Shown here piece by piece: positions 24,866 through 38,767 of a stretch of 64,000 nt of DNA; within the stretch, counting starts at the first letter, position 1, and every line of letters starts with the position of its first letter. Location of the stretch: NCBI GenBank assembly GCA_051294375.1, contig CM119270.1, positions 13,443,861-13,507,860 on the forward strand, written 5' to 3'. A program made the translations under genes and the position numbers. The notes under the pieces are model-generated. The model was not told where the DNA came from and searched no databases. It saw only the letters and a list, made by a program, of their open reading frames with translations. The stretch comes from Paraspadella gotoi (Eukaryota; Animalia; Chaetognatha).

Positions 24866-27185
24866 GGTCTACATAACAAATATGATTTTATATAAACAAA
24901 GACATTAAGAAAAGTTTTATCAAACCATTTCGTGCGACCCTACGATTTTTTAGCAATAACAATCACATTTTTACAAAGATTACTAAATTTGATTTTTATT
25001 TTTATTTTTTTATTCTATTTTTAATAAAAATTAAAAATAACACTGCGCCTTAAAAAATACGTAGACGTAGACTTCCGACCCTCAGTAACGCCTCCAGTCA
25101 CTGGCGAGAAAGTAACGTAAAACACTCGTTAATTTAATCTTGATGTAAATATGCGATTCGCGCCATTTCAAATCAAAGTTAGATATAAGATGGGGATATA
25201 GTGTGGCGCGTATATTCAGAACGGCCTGCTCGTTCGCATCATCCTATTCAAGGCCAAATCTCATTGGCTCAGGAGGGGGACAACCCTCTGTGATGATGAG
25301 ACAGGTCTGAATAGAGAGCCGGCAGCGCGCGATGAATGCAAGTTCACAAGTTCGAAGCAGATCTAACGACTACTTCCCTCTGGCGTATGGCAAAGCAGAG
25401 GAGCCCTCCTTGAGGCTACGCGCCAAGTGGACTGGAGGGTGCCATGTAAGCTGAGGGTCGGACGAAGCTTTCTAGGACGGGTTCTAACGTATTTTTTTAA
25501 AGGCTGGCAAGTGTAATTAATCTCTTATTAATTTTGTTATTAAAAGTGGAAAATAAGACAGTAATAAAATTAAGATAAATTGTAGGTATCAGTTGGTGTA
25601 TAAAGTGTGTAGATTGTTTATAATGAGGCTGGAAAAAGGTCGATAGGGGTCAGGTCGTAAGCGGAAATGGTCATTTGATAGAAACTGCTTTCTGGTATAG
25701 TGTATGTTGGTGTGTTACTATGAAAGATGCATGATTTGTTTATGTAGACTAATGGCTATTAGAGGCGTAGGTGAAAGTTACATTACCGAAAATTCTAAAG
25801 TCAATTAATGGAGGAGGACGACATAAGACCATCAGTGTTGACATTAATTTGTAAAAAAATTAAATTGTTATTTTTTTTAATTAATGGTTGACATAATAGG
25901 GACTATAAGTTTATACAAATATAGTATAATCCTTATAAAATCGAAAAATATTTAAAAATATAGACTACGTCTATGTGTTGTTAGAAGTTTTGATTGCACG
26001 ATTTGAATTGCAGGTCGTCAAAAGTTTTGATAAGAAACAGAAAATATAGGAATCATGCGTTTTAAAAGGAGATTCGTTTCATGTAAGTGGGTTGAAAGAT
26101 TTTAGATTTAAAATGGTAAATATGGTATATATAAAAAGGTTCTAATTTTCAGTTATAAAATTAATAACTTTCTTCTATTTTTGACCACATACTTCAAGAA
26201 TAGATTAAGGAATTTTTTCGGAAACAATGGGATTACATATATGTCTTTGAATAATCCGAAGAACTTAAGGTCTGTTATGGGAAATGTCCAAGTATGACTG
26301 TAAACCAATGAGTAATCTCTTTGAAGAAGGAAAGACTGATATATGATGAAAGTGCGTTGTATTTAACATTTTTATTGTATTAGTATGAGCTAATAGTGAG
26401 TAAGTGTGTTAGGCCTAGGGACGTGGCAGGGTGAAGTTGTATAACTGATCATAAGAAACTTTTTGATATTAATTAGAACGTATAGTTGCTATGATGGGAC
26501 GAGAATTAGATTCGTATGCGAAAGTAGATCCAGTATTACGGGTATGGAGATAGTTGAGACAGGAGGTGAGGAAGTGAGGCGTTTGAGAATAGAGACTGTG
26601 TTGTAACGTAATGGCTCGGTTCCTGCACTTTTAGAATTTTAATTAAAGTTAATTTAAAAATTTTACTACGCCTTAATGCCCATATTTCTTCTGCTAAATT
26701 TTACTAAAGTCAAATAGAGGAAAGTTAAAAGTTATATATTTGACGGAACTAGTCCAATAGCCATTGCGATTTCTAACCATCTTATTTCATAAATATTTCT
26801 TATATATTGTCCTCCAAACGAAATTCAATCAAGAAAATTGTCGATCTGTACGTGCCGAGTTGAGAAAGAAACCGGTGAGAGGAATCAATTCAGAGATTGC
26901 AATTGTCATAATTACGACTCATTACTGAAGTGGTTTATTCCAATCGAGTAATTGTATATAATCAGAAAGAGACTTGATTCGTTTCCATCTGCATTCTCCC
27001 CACGCTCCCCCCCCCGCGATTTCTTTCATTACTCTTTAATTGCTCGGAAGCCTTGCCTTCTTTTCCAGCTGCGTTCCTCGACCGCATCCTCCAGGCAACC
27101 CACTACCCGGTCTTAAACCCTCAGATAAACCCTCTTAACTTGACTGCTCGTCTAAATTACCCCTCAGGCGGTCACCGCTCGTCTA

Positions 27186-30100
27186 ATGAAAAAACGAACA
27201 ACCAATAATCCTTATTTACGATCCATATTTTTATTTTTTCAAAAAATTCGCAATCTAGCTCTCCCTAGCGGGTACTATATTTTTGTACCCTTACCCACGA
27301 GCAAAAAGGTAAGCAGCTGCATTTGTGTTTATCGGCATGCGACATTTTTTAAACTGGGCATCTATACTGCATCAACCTAGCCAGCTTTCTTTCTTCGCTC
27401 TCTCGTCCTCACCATATCTTCTGCTCGATCATTCGCTTTGCCATTCGTTACACGAGCATTGGAATTTATTATACATCCAACTAAAATACTTTTTTTTCGC
27501 AGCAAGCGGTCGCTGGTTGAAAGGAAACCTGACAACGACAACGACGACAACAACGTCGACGACTGGGCGACGAAGGTTCAAAACAGGAAAGAGAGAATCT
27601 ACCATTCTTCCCGTGAAGGTAAGTCCAAAGGGGACGATCTGGGTTAAAATTACATCTTTACTTACCATCGACACTCTTTCTCCAAGATCTCTAATCGAGG
27701 AGAAAATCTATCGGCAGCGGACGATCGGCTCCTTCAGCCTCCACCGCCGACGCCACTCTTGCCAATTCCGCCGCCACCTTCGCCGACACCCCGCCGCTTC
27801 CGCCGATCCTTTGAAAACCTATTGTGGCGCTAAAGACTTCCTGTTTCCATAGAGGATCCCGTGGACGCAGAGAGCGTTTCCTTGAGACCGCCGCGCGAGC
27901 CTTTGCGTCATTTTTACCATCTCGCCGTTGAAAGGAGAGAGGATGGCGACGACGATGGCGACGACGATGGCGACGACGACGACGCGCATGATGAAGACGA
28001 CGTCGACGGAGAAGATTCGAAAACACTGAAGGCCAATACGAAATCAAAGAAAGTAAGAAAGAATCAAAGAGAGTAAGAAAGAAAGAGATAAAAAGGAAAA
28101 AGATACGAAGGAAAAAAAATAATTAAGAACGGTAATTCTAATGCGTTGGGCCGCAGGTATTTATATTCATGTGTATTTCCCTATGATCACACATGACACG
28201 ACATGACTAACAAACTTTCTTTGCCCGTGTATTTATGACATGCACTGCATCAAAATTGGTCTTTTATTCCTTATAGTTGTAAAAATTCCTGAAGCCGACG
28301 CTAGAAGTCCCTTAGATTTGAGGTTTTTTCTGTCTTAACAAATGAACAATCAACTATCGGCAAATTATATGCATTTTTAACGTAAGTAAGACTGACCGAC
28401 GGACAGCCATACCGACAGACGATGAGTACGCCGCGCCGATATACGTAGTGAAAAAAAAGAGAGCGAGAAAAAAAGAAGAGTAAGTAACGACTGTCGAAGC
28501 CAATTTCCCTAATTTAAAATCTCAAATGAAGTGAACTTCTCTTGGTCCACTACTCTTCACAGACGCCATCTTTGTCGCGCGTCACCGTAAAAAACAAAAG
28601 ACACCAGAGACGAGAATCAAGAAAGAGAGAAATTCCAAAGTCTCCGCTTCAATCGTCAACAAACGACAAGAATAACAATCATTCTGTGATATTGCAGCAC
28701 CCGAAAGGTCACTCAAGTGAGCGTTATGGATTCTCTCTGTGAACGATGTTTTTGTAACTAAAGTACTATGTACGACGTACATTGTACGTACAGATGTTTA
28801 TTGTTAATATTGCTTTTGCGTAAAGGTGTCAATCTTCACTCGATACGTAATACAATGTGATACATTAAATGTATTTTACTTTTATCTCTCGATCCTGCCC
28901 CTCGTCGTTGGGCGTCAAAGCTCCACTTGCTACTCTATCTACAGCTCCTCTACCCTCTCCTACTCCTATTGCTTCTCCGCCTTCACGTCAAAAATCGAAC
29001 GACCGAAATTCTCAAGGGGAAACTCTTCCGTCAAACTCTGCGCCACGGAACTCGCGCAACTCAGACGCCCGCCTGCGTCACTAACTCGCCTCACTTCTCA
29101 CAACAATTCCAATCTTTCATCTCACGCACTTCTCCAGCCTCTTCTCACGTCATCACTAGCGCCACTTCACAAACGACGAAACAATCCGATATTTCCTCAA
29201 AAACCGCGCGAATTCTCCACTCTTCATTTCCGGTCAAATCTTCGGCCACGCCCACCTTGCGCGGGAAAAACTCTTCAACGAGATCGGTTCTTCGCCCCTC
29301 GTTCTCAAGGCGCCATTCTCTAAGACTCTGGCGCCCTCTGCGAATACGAAACGCGGTGCCTTTCGTGGAAGCGCCCTCGTCTCAGAGTAGCGCCGTCGGT
29401 GACGATTCCTCTTCGCCTCTCAAGCAGAGAAATAGCGAATCGAGAAAAATCGATTGCTTAGCCTTAGGTGAGTTTTTTTAATCATCAAGCATGACTAATA
29501 CTAAAATGGAATTTGTCTCATGTAAGTTTATTAATTTTAATATGTTAATAATATTTACTGAAATGTTACTACTCAATATTTCAGATAATCTATTATTATT
29601 ATCATTATTCAGATATGAAGAATAAAACCCCGTTACAGAGAATAATCTTCCGATGCCAAAAGAAAATATTCTTGAATCAACACAAGTACACAAAGAATGA
29701 AATTAGGTAAGAAATAACTTCTATAAGAAAAAAAAAATCCCTGTTGAAATTAAAACTGTTCTCTGCTCCTTTTTTTTTTAATCAAAACAAAAGGGCCCCC
29801 CTTCTTTCTACTTCGCACCATCTCCGCGAGGTGGAAGTTGCGGCGGCCCAAGGCGGAAGCGGCCAACCGAAAAAAAGGGAAACGGGAGGACGGCGTCGCG
29901 GATGTCGGGAATCGATTCGGGGAAATTTCGATGAATTAAGATCGCGAAGCAACAAGGCCGAGGACGCCATTAGGGTAAGGCAATCTGCTGATCGGTAGAT
30001 GGGAAGGTACGTAGTCTTTACTGACTGAAGGTTAATAATAATTTGAGCAATTGAATTATTTTAAAATGCTGAAAATCCAAAAAATTATCAAACTTTTAAT

Positions 30101-30869
30101 ATTTAATTTAATTTTAATTAGTTTCCCCTTTTATTATCCAGAACGGAAAAATTTTCACGATTCAAGGTGGATACCCGTGGTTCGAGCTCCCTCCGTCGCA
30201 GGGGGTGGGTCGAGAAGTTTTATAGCCAAAGACAATAAAAAGGTCAGGCAATAAACTGCCATCCCCGGCTTCTTATAAAAAGCAAATAAAAGAAATTAAA
30301 GCGAGTAAAATTTATTTATTTCAACTCTTTTTTTTTTTTCTTATTCAGAAATCGAGACAATTTCGTCGTCGCGTCGATTCGGAAAACTGAATTCGTCAAC
30401 TCGAAACAACAACACGACGACGACGCACGACAACTGAAACGGGAAACGGAGACGCGACGTCGAGCAGCGACGATGATGACGACGATGACGGTCGGCCAGA
30501 ATAGTGATCATTCATCGAAATAAATAATATTTATTATTTAATATTTATCGAACGAATTTCAGACGACGACGACGCCTCGACGATTCGCCGACGCGCGTCG
30601 CTCCTCAGGACGAACAAGCGGGAATTTACGGAATCATGGTGGGAATTGATTGATTGATTGTTTTGTTATATTTATTTATTTATTCTATTATTTATTCAAT
30701 CAACACCCCTTCAGTCTCGCATGGTGCGAAACATGAGCGCCACCTTGCGTTTGGTAGCTGCGACCGAGATTGGGTCGAATTTTTTCGTCACAGTCAGTCG
30801 TGAGACGATCGTGAATCACTCATGGAACTCACTAGGCCAGCTCACCGCCCCATTCATTCACTGACGAAG
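27186..30869 (+). pseudogene. Inverted, 3'-truncated, frameshifted copy of the TTLL3 5' exons (likely assembly artefact)
   Basis: Same exons as 23732-20063 in reverse, with numerous indels; ends before the TTL catalytic exons. Confidence 0.6.
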
Positions 30870-31127
30870 GTGAGATCGCGTCTTGGAGGGAGGTGAACTG
30901 TGAAAACCTGAGCAGTTTGGCTGTTGTGGTCAGATCCTGTCTTTAAATTCTTTTCGCATAAATTTTGTTTTGGAGGCTACTTTAAATTAAAAAAGGAGAT
31001 TATAAAATATAAAATGAGTTTTGAAGTGAAGCTTGTTAAAAAAAAGAGGCAGGAATCAGCAGGACGCAGACAAGCATATAAATCCGAGGTCCGTGCTTTG
31101 GTGTTGTTGTCCATTGAACTCTTTTAT

Positions 31128-31152
31128 NNNNNNNNNNNNNNNNNNNNNNNNN
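31128..31152. other. Assembly gap (25 N)
   Basis: Run of N that ends the inverted arm. Confidence 0.99.
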
Positions 31153-31304
31153 ATAAGAGGGTTTTAGTTATTTATTCTTTCGTCCCAGATTATTTGATAA
31201 AACCATATCAGCAGATAAAGATAAAACCAAATTGGACAGTTATAAAAAGGGTTTACAAGATTTTAATTTTTAATCATTTCATCTTACTTAGAGACTTAGC
31301 TATC

Positions 31305-33871
31305 ATGGCCTTGGATCTTTTATCAAATCTATTGCCAATGGCGCTGGACATATTTGATGTTGCGAGCGATATTAATGTGACATGGAACTTGATTTTTTCA
31401 CATAACTTTTTTTTGAATATTATTGGAAGGATTCAAATAGCTGTTTTGTTTATTGCCAATATTTTATCAATTTTTAATGGCTTAACTTTTATATCAAAAA
31501 ACAAAAGGTAATAATCAAACTGTTTAAACTTTAATTAATTACTAACAACTGATTATTTGTCCTTTTTTACAGCTTTACATTTATGATGCTTAAAATTGCA
31601 AGAATAGAAAAAATGATAAATTGATAAGCCTCGAAATTTCAAGAGTACCTAATTTCGTCATAGATAAAAGCAAACCAGTTAAATACTTATTAAGCAATAA
31701 AGATCGTTCCGATCAGGCTAGAATCCTTGACCATTGGGTTAGCTCGGTGCGCGGTGACGGCACTGATAGAAGAAACAGTCGTATCCAATGGGTAGTGATA
31801 TTACGTCTCTAGAGATTATCCAAATTTAGGGATTATCCTCACTTGACAAAATGTCGACTTGGGCATCAATTACAATCATCTTATCATTTTTGGACTCGGT
31901 TCTATTCCCATCAGAACAGACATCTTATTGGATAAGAGAAACGATAATCAAGGTACAAAGTACAAAATTGTAATCAACGTGTGCCAAATGTATTTTTGTC
32001 GTAGGTTTACAAGGAAAGTTATAGAAATACAATGATGCTTATCAGGGGCGGCGAGAGAATGGCGGAACCCTCCACTGCCCCACGCCCCCCCCCGCTCTCC
32101 ATAATTTTAGTTTTTAGTTTTCGATCACCGACTTTCTGCCTTGAAAATTTCTCCAGTGCTCAAACTTCTCTTAATTATTCCCTTCTTTTTTTTTTATTCT
32201 TCTTTCTTCTTTTTTTCTCTCTTCTCAGGGGCCCTCCCGAGACCCCCTGATGCCCGGGCCCCTCGACGAGGGGAGGGTGGGCCCCCCTCTCGCCGACCCT
32301 GATGCTTATTGCTTAAAGAGCTTACTATTTCAGTTCATTGCCGATTCTTTATAATAAGTAGTGTTTGCTTATAACAGACGCGATACTATCAATCACTTTG
32401 TCGATCTATTGGTGCGCCAAAACATATCGTCAGTACTAAATAACTTAGATCATCTCAAACAATAAAACTTTAAAACACTATGCAAAAAAAAATAGTAATG
32501 TACATAGAATTCATCTTGACTTTACAGGGAATCAGCTGATGAATTAAATCATCCAACTACATAAGTTTGAAAAAAAATCATTTTCATAAATGAATAAATA
32601 TTCATTTATTGGTATTTTCGTATTTGATATTTGGTATTCATATATTGGTAAAATATTGTTTATGTTCACTATATTTTTATACGCCGCGCTATTTCAAAAA
32701 ACATTTTTTCGACAAATATAATGATCGGAATCTACAAAAACTAATATTATTAATTAGTAGAGATAGCAGCTTTAGTAGTAGTTATTCCAATATTCCTTTA
32801 GAATTTGTTGTCAGGTGAGTAGGGTTCTCAGTGAGTGATTTACTACTATACCCATTTAAATTTTGGATTAATTTTAAAGTTGTTATTAGAAATGAACTTA
32901 ATTATATAAAGGAACAGTTGGATTCATTTTTAGGCGACATCGTAAAATTAAAGAAACCGTTGATCAGCAATTTGTTCAGCATTCATGTCCTCTTTGAATC
33001 CTTTCCTCAACTTCTGCTGCAAACGATGGCATTGGTAGTGGACTGGACATTCAGTAAGGTGTGTTGGAAGTTATGCTGCAATGTTCATTAACTTGAAAGA
33101 TACACTATCAAGTAGACACATTTATACATATATCAATTAATATATAGGTAAAATAAAAAAAATCAAATTTGAAATTCACGTTTAAAAATATTGGAAAAAA
33201 AGAAAATGCTTATTTTGAGACAATTGTAAATGTGTAAGTGTAAGTGTAAGTGCAGTTTAACAACGGGGAGAAAGGTATGATGCCCGTGGTGTGAAGCATC
33301 TCTCGACAGCTAGCGCTCCTTGGGACGACCAAACCTTTTAATTTATTTTCATTTCAAGGTATGCCTTCCTAACTTTCTGAGGAATGTAAATGACAAGAAT
33401 GGAACAGTTTTTTTAATGAAAGACGACGAGCTTCACCTTACAAATAAGAATTGTGTTTGCGGTTGGTCGCATAGAAGTTTTAGGAGGATAAGAAGCGTAT
33501 CGTGTCAGTGGCCGATTGAAGATTATCCTACCTTGGTCTCAATTGCACTTTCATCTGTCAGTATTGCTACATTAACAAAAGAGCGACGGGATCAATTCCA
33601 ATCACATACAAAGACAAATTTTTCTTGGTTATCATCATTCAGCAATTATTTAATAAAAATTGATGTTATATTAGGAATAAGTACGTGTTTGTATATAACA
33701 CTGAGAAGTAGCATAAATTTTTGCATTTGGTTTGTTTTTTTTCTTCCATTTTCGATATTTCGAGCTTGGACATTTTTAGAAATGAAATCTGTACTTGTTG
33801 ATATTTGGCATGTAAATCACCCTGCTTCGGCTGTCGATTACCATCGTCATCAGGGAGTTATATTTTTTTAA
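31305..33871 (+). CDS. Divergent XK-related (Xkr-like) multi-pass membrane protein; exon structure partly unresolved
   Basis: MALDLLSNLLPMALDIFDVASDINV (DxxSD motif of the first TM), FESFPQLLLQ (ESxPQLxLQ hallmark) at ~32990-33022, then LVSIALSSVSIA and FSIFRAWTF in the expected order. Probable exons 31305-31507, 31573-31737, 31829-31951, ~32750-33058, 33359-~33870. Confidence 0.6.
32043..32301. mobile_element. hAT-superfamily non-autonomous element (259 bp)
   Basis: 15-bp TIRs caggggcggcgagag / ctctcgccgaccctg (1 mismatch); perfect 8-bp TSD atgcttat at 32035-32042 and 32302-32309. Confidence 0.9.
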
Positions 33872-33989
33872 TGATTCCAAACTACTTGTGATTCAGGGCT
33901 TAAGTTTATCTTTAACGATATGTCACGGGAAAGACCCAAGAATAACTAAAAATTTAAAATGACTTTATTTCCTTTCATATTTTTATTTC

Positions 33990-34558
33990 AGCAGATCCCG
34001 ACTCTATAATTCACTTTGTCGGTCCGTCGGTCCGCCCCCTCAACTTGTCGGGCATTCACTTATATCATGTCAGTAATCGAATTATGATAAATTATGCAAA
34101 AAGAACGATGTCCCGTCCGTCGTCCGTCCGTCCCATCCGTCCATCCCACCTTAGCAAAAATTGACTTGAAATTTTGTATTTGGGAAGAAAAGTGTGTGAT
34201 TAAACTGGAAATCAAGTTTCAATGGAATCGTTGAGTGCAAATGAGTTTAAATGGAAAAAACAAAGACCTGTTACTAATTGATTATGCTTCTTTTTCTTTT
34301 TATTTTAAATGTAAATGCAAGATGTATTAATTAATCAAATAATTAATCAGTTAATTAATCAATTATTAATTAATTAATCAATAATTAATTAATCAGTCAA
34401 TTAATCAATCAAAACAAACATTTTGGATCAAATTAATCAATTAATTGCCTAATTAATTAAATAATTAACTGGAATTAATACAATTAATTATTACTCAATT
34501 AATTAATTACCGATAATGATCGTGGGCAGATCCGACATTGTTTGCTCAAACTTGTTTT
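33990..34558 (+). mobile_element. DINE-1/HINE (Helentron-associated)-like element, family A, copy 1
   Basis: 5' gcagatcccgactctataattcactttgtcggtcc, (gtcc)n microsatellite, AT-rich aattaat core, 3' gcagatccgacattgtttgctcaaacttgtttt. Homologous to 38768-41074 on the minus strand. Confidence 0.72.
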
Positions 34559-35094
34559 ATATATACATCATTTTAATACTATGTAGACAGAATTTGAGAC
34601 AAATGGATTCAATACAAAATGATCAGGTATTTATACAATACAATCGGATCATCGACACGGGCTCGTTTTCTGATGGTATGAAGACTTTCTTCTCATTGGT
34701 CCATTTTGATGAATATTCGTCCAATCAGAGCGAATTTTATCCCAGTCGCGGATCCAGTTTGGTTCTAATTCCATCTACGATAATATCATACTTTTGAAGT
34801 CACATTATCATATTAAAAATTGATCACATGAACCAAAATTTAATGCCATTATTCTTTTGTTATTTTTTCTGAGTGGGAAAGAACCTAAATTCTAAGCGAC
34901 TTTTAGCGACACCTTTTGTGCAACACACATTGGATTCTCCGTTCTTGTTTTGATGTTCATCATTATCTCTCGTCATCATAACATTTTGTAATAATAGAAG
35001 GTGGTCGAGATAATTATAAACTTTATATAGTTAATTATTTATTTATTATTATTATTTATTTATTATTTATTTATTCATTTATTCACTTTACAAT

Positions 35095-35135
35095 TCTCTT
35101 CGGAGGCGTGGGTTCGAATATCACCGCTGTCACCA
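35095..35135 (+). pseudogene. 3' half of a tRNA-Leu with encoded CCA
   Basis: tctcttcggaggcgtgggttcgaatatcaccgctgtca+cca matches the variable arm, T arm and acceptor strand of eukaryotic tRNA-Leu; the 5' half is absent. Confidence 0.7.
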
Positions 35136-36258
35136 CATTTAAGGAAAAACTCATGGGTTTCTTGGATGAAATCAAAACGAGATTTATTCTGAGAATAAAA
35201 AGGTGACGGTGAGGCACCCGAAGGAGTACAGATCAATTCTACTGAAACTAAAACCAGCTAGGTCTATTTATAACTGAGGAAGAGGATCGGAGGCAAGAGT
35301 TGTTCGGTTGTTCGGTTCTGCAAGCTTATTCAAAGTCGATTCCATCTCGACCAATCATGATTCGGCGATTCCATTTCTGCGGCAATCGCCCGATCATTCG
35401 ATCCGTTTTCGTTTTAGGTGATGTTGATTCTCCTGCGATGATATTGTATGTTTAGTATAAACCTTTTTTTCAAATATTATCAAATGCTCCACGCCGCGCC
35501 CAAGGTCCATCGTCAAAGTTTCTGTCGTTTGTCATGACTTGGGAGGTTGGCACTGAGTAGGCAGTGAGGAAGAAGAAGGGACTTGTTAGTTTTTACCCCA
35601 CCTCTACCTTTTTACTTTTGATAATAAATTTTGTCTCTTTAGTTTATTTTTAATTGTCCTTAAGTTGGCCTTTGCCTCTTTCTCTCTCTCTCTTTCTTTT
35701 TCTCTCTCCCTGTTACCGTTATATTCCGAAATATTTTTTTTTTCATTCAGCTTTGTAATTCTTAAAAGTTTAATTTAAAATTTATATAAACTTACACTAT
35801 GAATTCCTTTTAGGTTATTAGATTACAATTTTTTTATTAGCTGTACTTGTAGTAGTTAATTATTGTGGATTTGGTGCTACTAGTTAAGGTCGAGGAGGAA
35901 ATTGTGGACAGCGAGTTTGTTACATGATTGTTGCAGTTCTTATTGCTGCAGCTGAATTTAGCTAAAAACATATAATTATAGCCCGCCTAACCGTTGTCGA
36001 TGATAATTATGATGATAGCGTGAACGGAAGTGGTTACTATCGTTGATGATAGTAATGATGATGAAAAAATAGTTAAGGTTAAAAATATTTTGATCTAGTT
36101 ATACAAATAAAATGAACAAGTATTTTCATAAGTGATACATAACATAACATGAGATGAAATGAAATGAAGAGATATTACTTACTAAAAGGTTAAAATAATT
36201 GTATTATTTCAGTTATGAAACGTTTTAAACAAAAAAATATAACTCCCGGACTTAAAAG

Positions 36259-37764
36259 ATGGAAGTGACTATCAGCTCTCTGTTTAATATGGCTTTTTAT
36301 TCATTTTTTTTGGCTGCCAAGATGCAAAGTATGAACAATGGTTTGGTTTCATTGACATGGGGACTGGGAAAATTTAAATATAATCTCTCACCAAATCTGG
36401 TTATCCGATTGGAAAAGTCTAATATTATATGTTTTGCAACAAAAGGATTATTTCCAAACAGATCTTGGAATAAAAATGTTACATTACCTGAGTTTCAATT
36501 GGTATATGATAAAGATTGTGAAAAGAAATTCTCTATTAATAATCCATACGGCCTTATGAAAACTAAATTTTTACAACTAAACCTAGGAAACTATGCCTTT
36601 TCAAATGCAGGATTTCGCGTTTCCTTGACTATACTACTAATTGATCTTTGTTTCAATTTGTTTCATAGGATAATATATTGCATTTCACGAGATACTTTAG
36701 ATGTCGCATTATATTCCATTTTTAGTTTAGTCCCATCTATTTATGCAATTATAATTTCTTACATTTGTCTCTACTATTCTATACATGAAATCAACATTAC
36801 TTCTCTGTTGTCTTTTTATCAAGGAAATGGTAATGATTTTTTTTTATATAAAAAACCAAGAGATTTTGATATTAAAAGCGTACCAGCTTTGGTTGTTAGG
36901 AAGCATATCTTAAATTCTAAGTGGAAAGTATACAAATATGGATGCTTATTTTCTAACTTTTATTGGATGTTTGGGTTTATTACCTCTTTATTTTATTTTG
37001 GAAATTTGTTAACTAGGCTCATCAAAAAAAAAAGTTTTTTTAAAAATGGCATATTTGTCTTTTTTTTTAACTTTTTACTAATTATAGTTACGATATTTGG
37101 TTTTAAAACATGGATAAAGCTTATGAAAAAAAGTGGTTTTGAAAACTTTAAAAGGGTTTGTGGACCATTAGCCAAGCATCACGATTTTGCTACATTGTCA
37201 ATGTATGCAAGTATATTTCAAACTAATGTCTTGACATACATATATATTAAAGAAAATTCATATTTTTTTTTAGGATTATTTTTATTGCTATTATGTATAA
37301 ACTTTAAATATATTCTATTAAAGATAACAATCTATAAAAACAATCCTTGTAAAGATATAATATTTTTAATTTTGGGTGTCACAATATTTTTTTTGCTATA
37401 TCGACAGTTTCTGCCCACAAAAAGTAAAAAAGAAATAGCATCATTTGATTCACATGAACTGATGTTTCGTGGTAATTCAGATATTTGTCCTTTGCCATCT
37501 CAGGTTGCCAATCCTCTAATCAAAACAGCTTGGTTGTGTGTTTATACAAAAAGAGATTCAAAAAAAGATGTAATTATAGCAAATATAGTTTTTATGAAAT
37601 TTCTCTTGGAATTTTTTGAACTCAACAATTTGACTAAACTCTATTTTCAAAATTTTTTATATATTGATGACAGTCTTACACATAACCTAAACTTTCTGTT
37701 TTTTCTAATTTTTTTTATACCACTGCTTTTAATCTCACATATTATCACTTCAACATTTACTTAA
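36259..37764 (+). CDS. Intronless 501-aa multi-pass membrane protein of unknown function (possibly part of, or related to, the XK-like locus)
   Basis: 1.5-kb stop-free frame in very AT-rich DNA with many hydrophobic segments; no family recognised. Confidence 0.55.
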   Translation: MEVTISSLFNMAFYSFFLAAKMQSMNNGLVSLTWGLGKFKYNLSPNLVIRLEKSNIICFATKGLFPNRSWNKNVTLPEFQLVYDKDCEKKFSINNPYGLMKTKFLQLNLGNYAFSNAGFRVSLTILLIDLCFNLFHRIIYCISRDTLDVALYSIFSLVPSIYAIIISYICLYYSIHEINITSLLSFYQGNGNDFFLYKKPRDFDIKSVPALVVRKHILNSKWKVYKYGCLFSNFYWMFGFITSLFYFGNLLTRLIKKKSFFKNGIFVFFFNFLLIIVTIFGFKTWIKLMKKSGFENFKRVCGPLAKHHDFATLSMYASIFQTNVLTYIYIKENSYFFLGLFLLLLCINFKYILLKITIYKNNPCKDIIFLILGVTIFFLLYRQFLPTKSKKEIASFDSHELMFRGNSDICPLPSQVANPLIKTAWLCVYTKRDSKKDVIIANIVFMKFLLEFFELNNLTKLYFQNFLYIDDSLTHNLNFLFFLIFFIPLLLISHIITSTFT

Positions 37765-38767
37765 AGGTTGTAAACATTTTTTTATTTGTTCCTTCTGCTG
37801 TACATTAGGGTGAAGTGAAAGTTTGGAATCAAAATTTAGCAGTTATATCTTGAAAACTATAATATTAGTGAATACTAGTCTGTAGTTATTTGTCTTTTAT
37901 TACAAATATACCATGATGGGAAAAAAATTAACGCGGTTACTTTCCAGCTTATCTTCGGCTTTTTAATATAAGAATAGAAAAATAAAATTTAAATATCGAG
38001 AAACCTTAGCCTCTCATTTGTGTACGACAAAAAAATACTATAGTTCCATACAAAAGAAAATAAGTTGTCCAAAAAAACGCTTTCTTCTTTTTAATCCTTT
38101 TTATATTTACAATTTATTTATATTAATTTGCAGTTCGTTTTTATTACTTTTTGAGTTAAACCATTATTATTAAAAATCTTTACCTTTTCTCAGTCTTATG
38201 TCAAATGATTATTACATCATCTCCATTGAAATAGATTTTAGGATGAATCTTAATTCATATATCAAAAATCGAATGGTATTAAAAATACATTGATGCTGTA
38301 AATGCTCTAGAATATTTTTTTTTATATTGTAAAGTATCAAAAAAAGGTATAAGGCTCCGGGTAACCTTTCTGTAAGCAAGGTTGTCATTTTTATTTACCT
38401 TTGGATGTATTATCAGAACCAAGTATCAAACAAGTCAAAAAAAAGAAGATTTTGTTAAAGTGATAAACAATACATCATCACATTATGCAGTAACCACTGA
38501 AACCTGGTTTACTTTATAGGGGATCAATCTTTTTCACTGCTTGTCAAGGACCATTATTTGCCTTAAATTTAATAAAAAATATTATGTCAGAGACATAATA
38601 TTAACAATAATGTGAGTAGTCCTCTTGATCAAAAATAGGTAAAAACAGTTGGAGACAACCTCTTTTGGAAGTATTTGTATTTATTAAATAATTTTATGCT
38701 GTTAAATAATAATTTTTTTATTCAGTCCGAGGGAGGTCATATTACATATTAAAACCTATTTAGTGGC

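Noticed and set aside
25110-26620. Novel sequence at the palindrome centre
   Set aside because: It aligns loosely to the reverse complement of 24290-25200 with many insertions, so it is degraded copy rather than new content.
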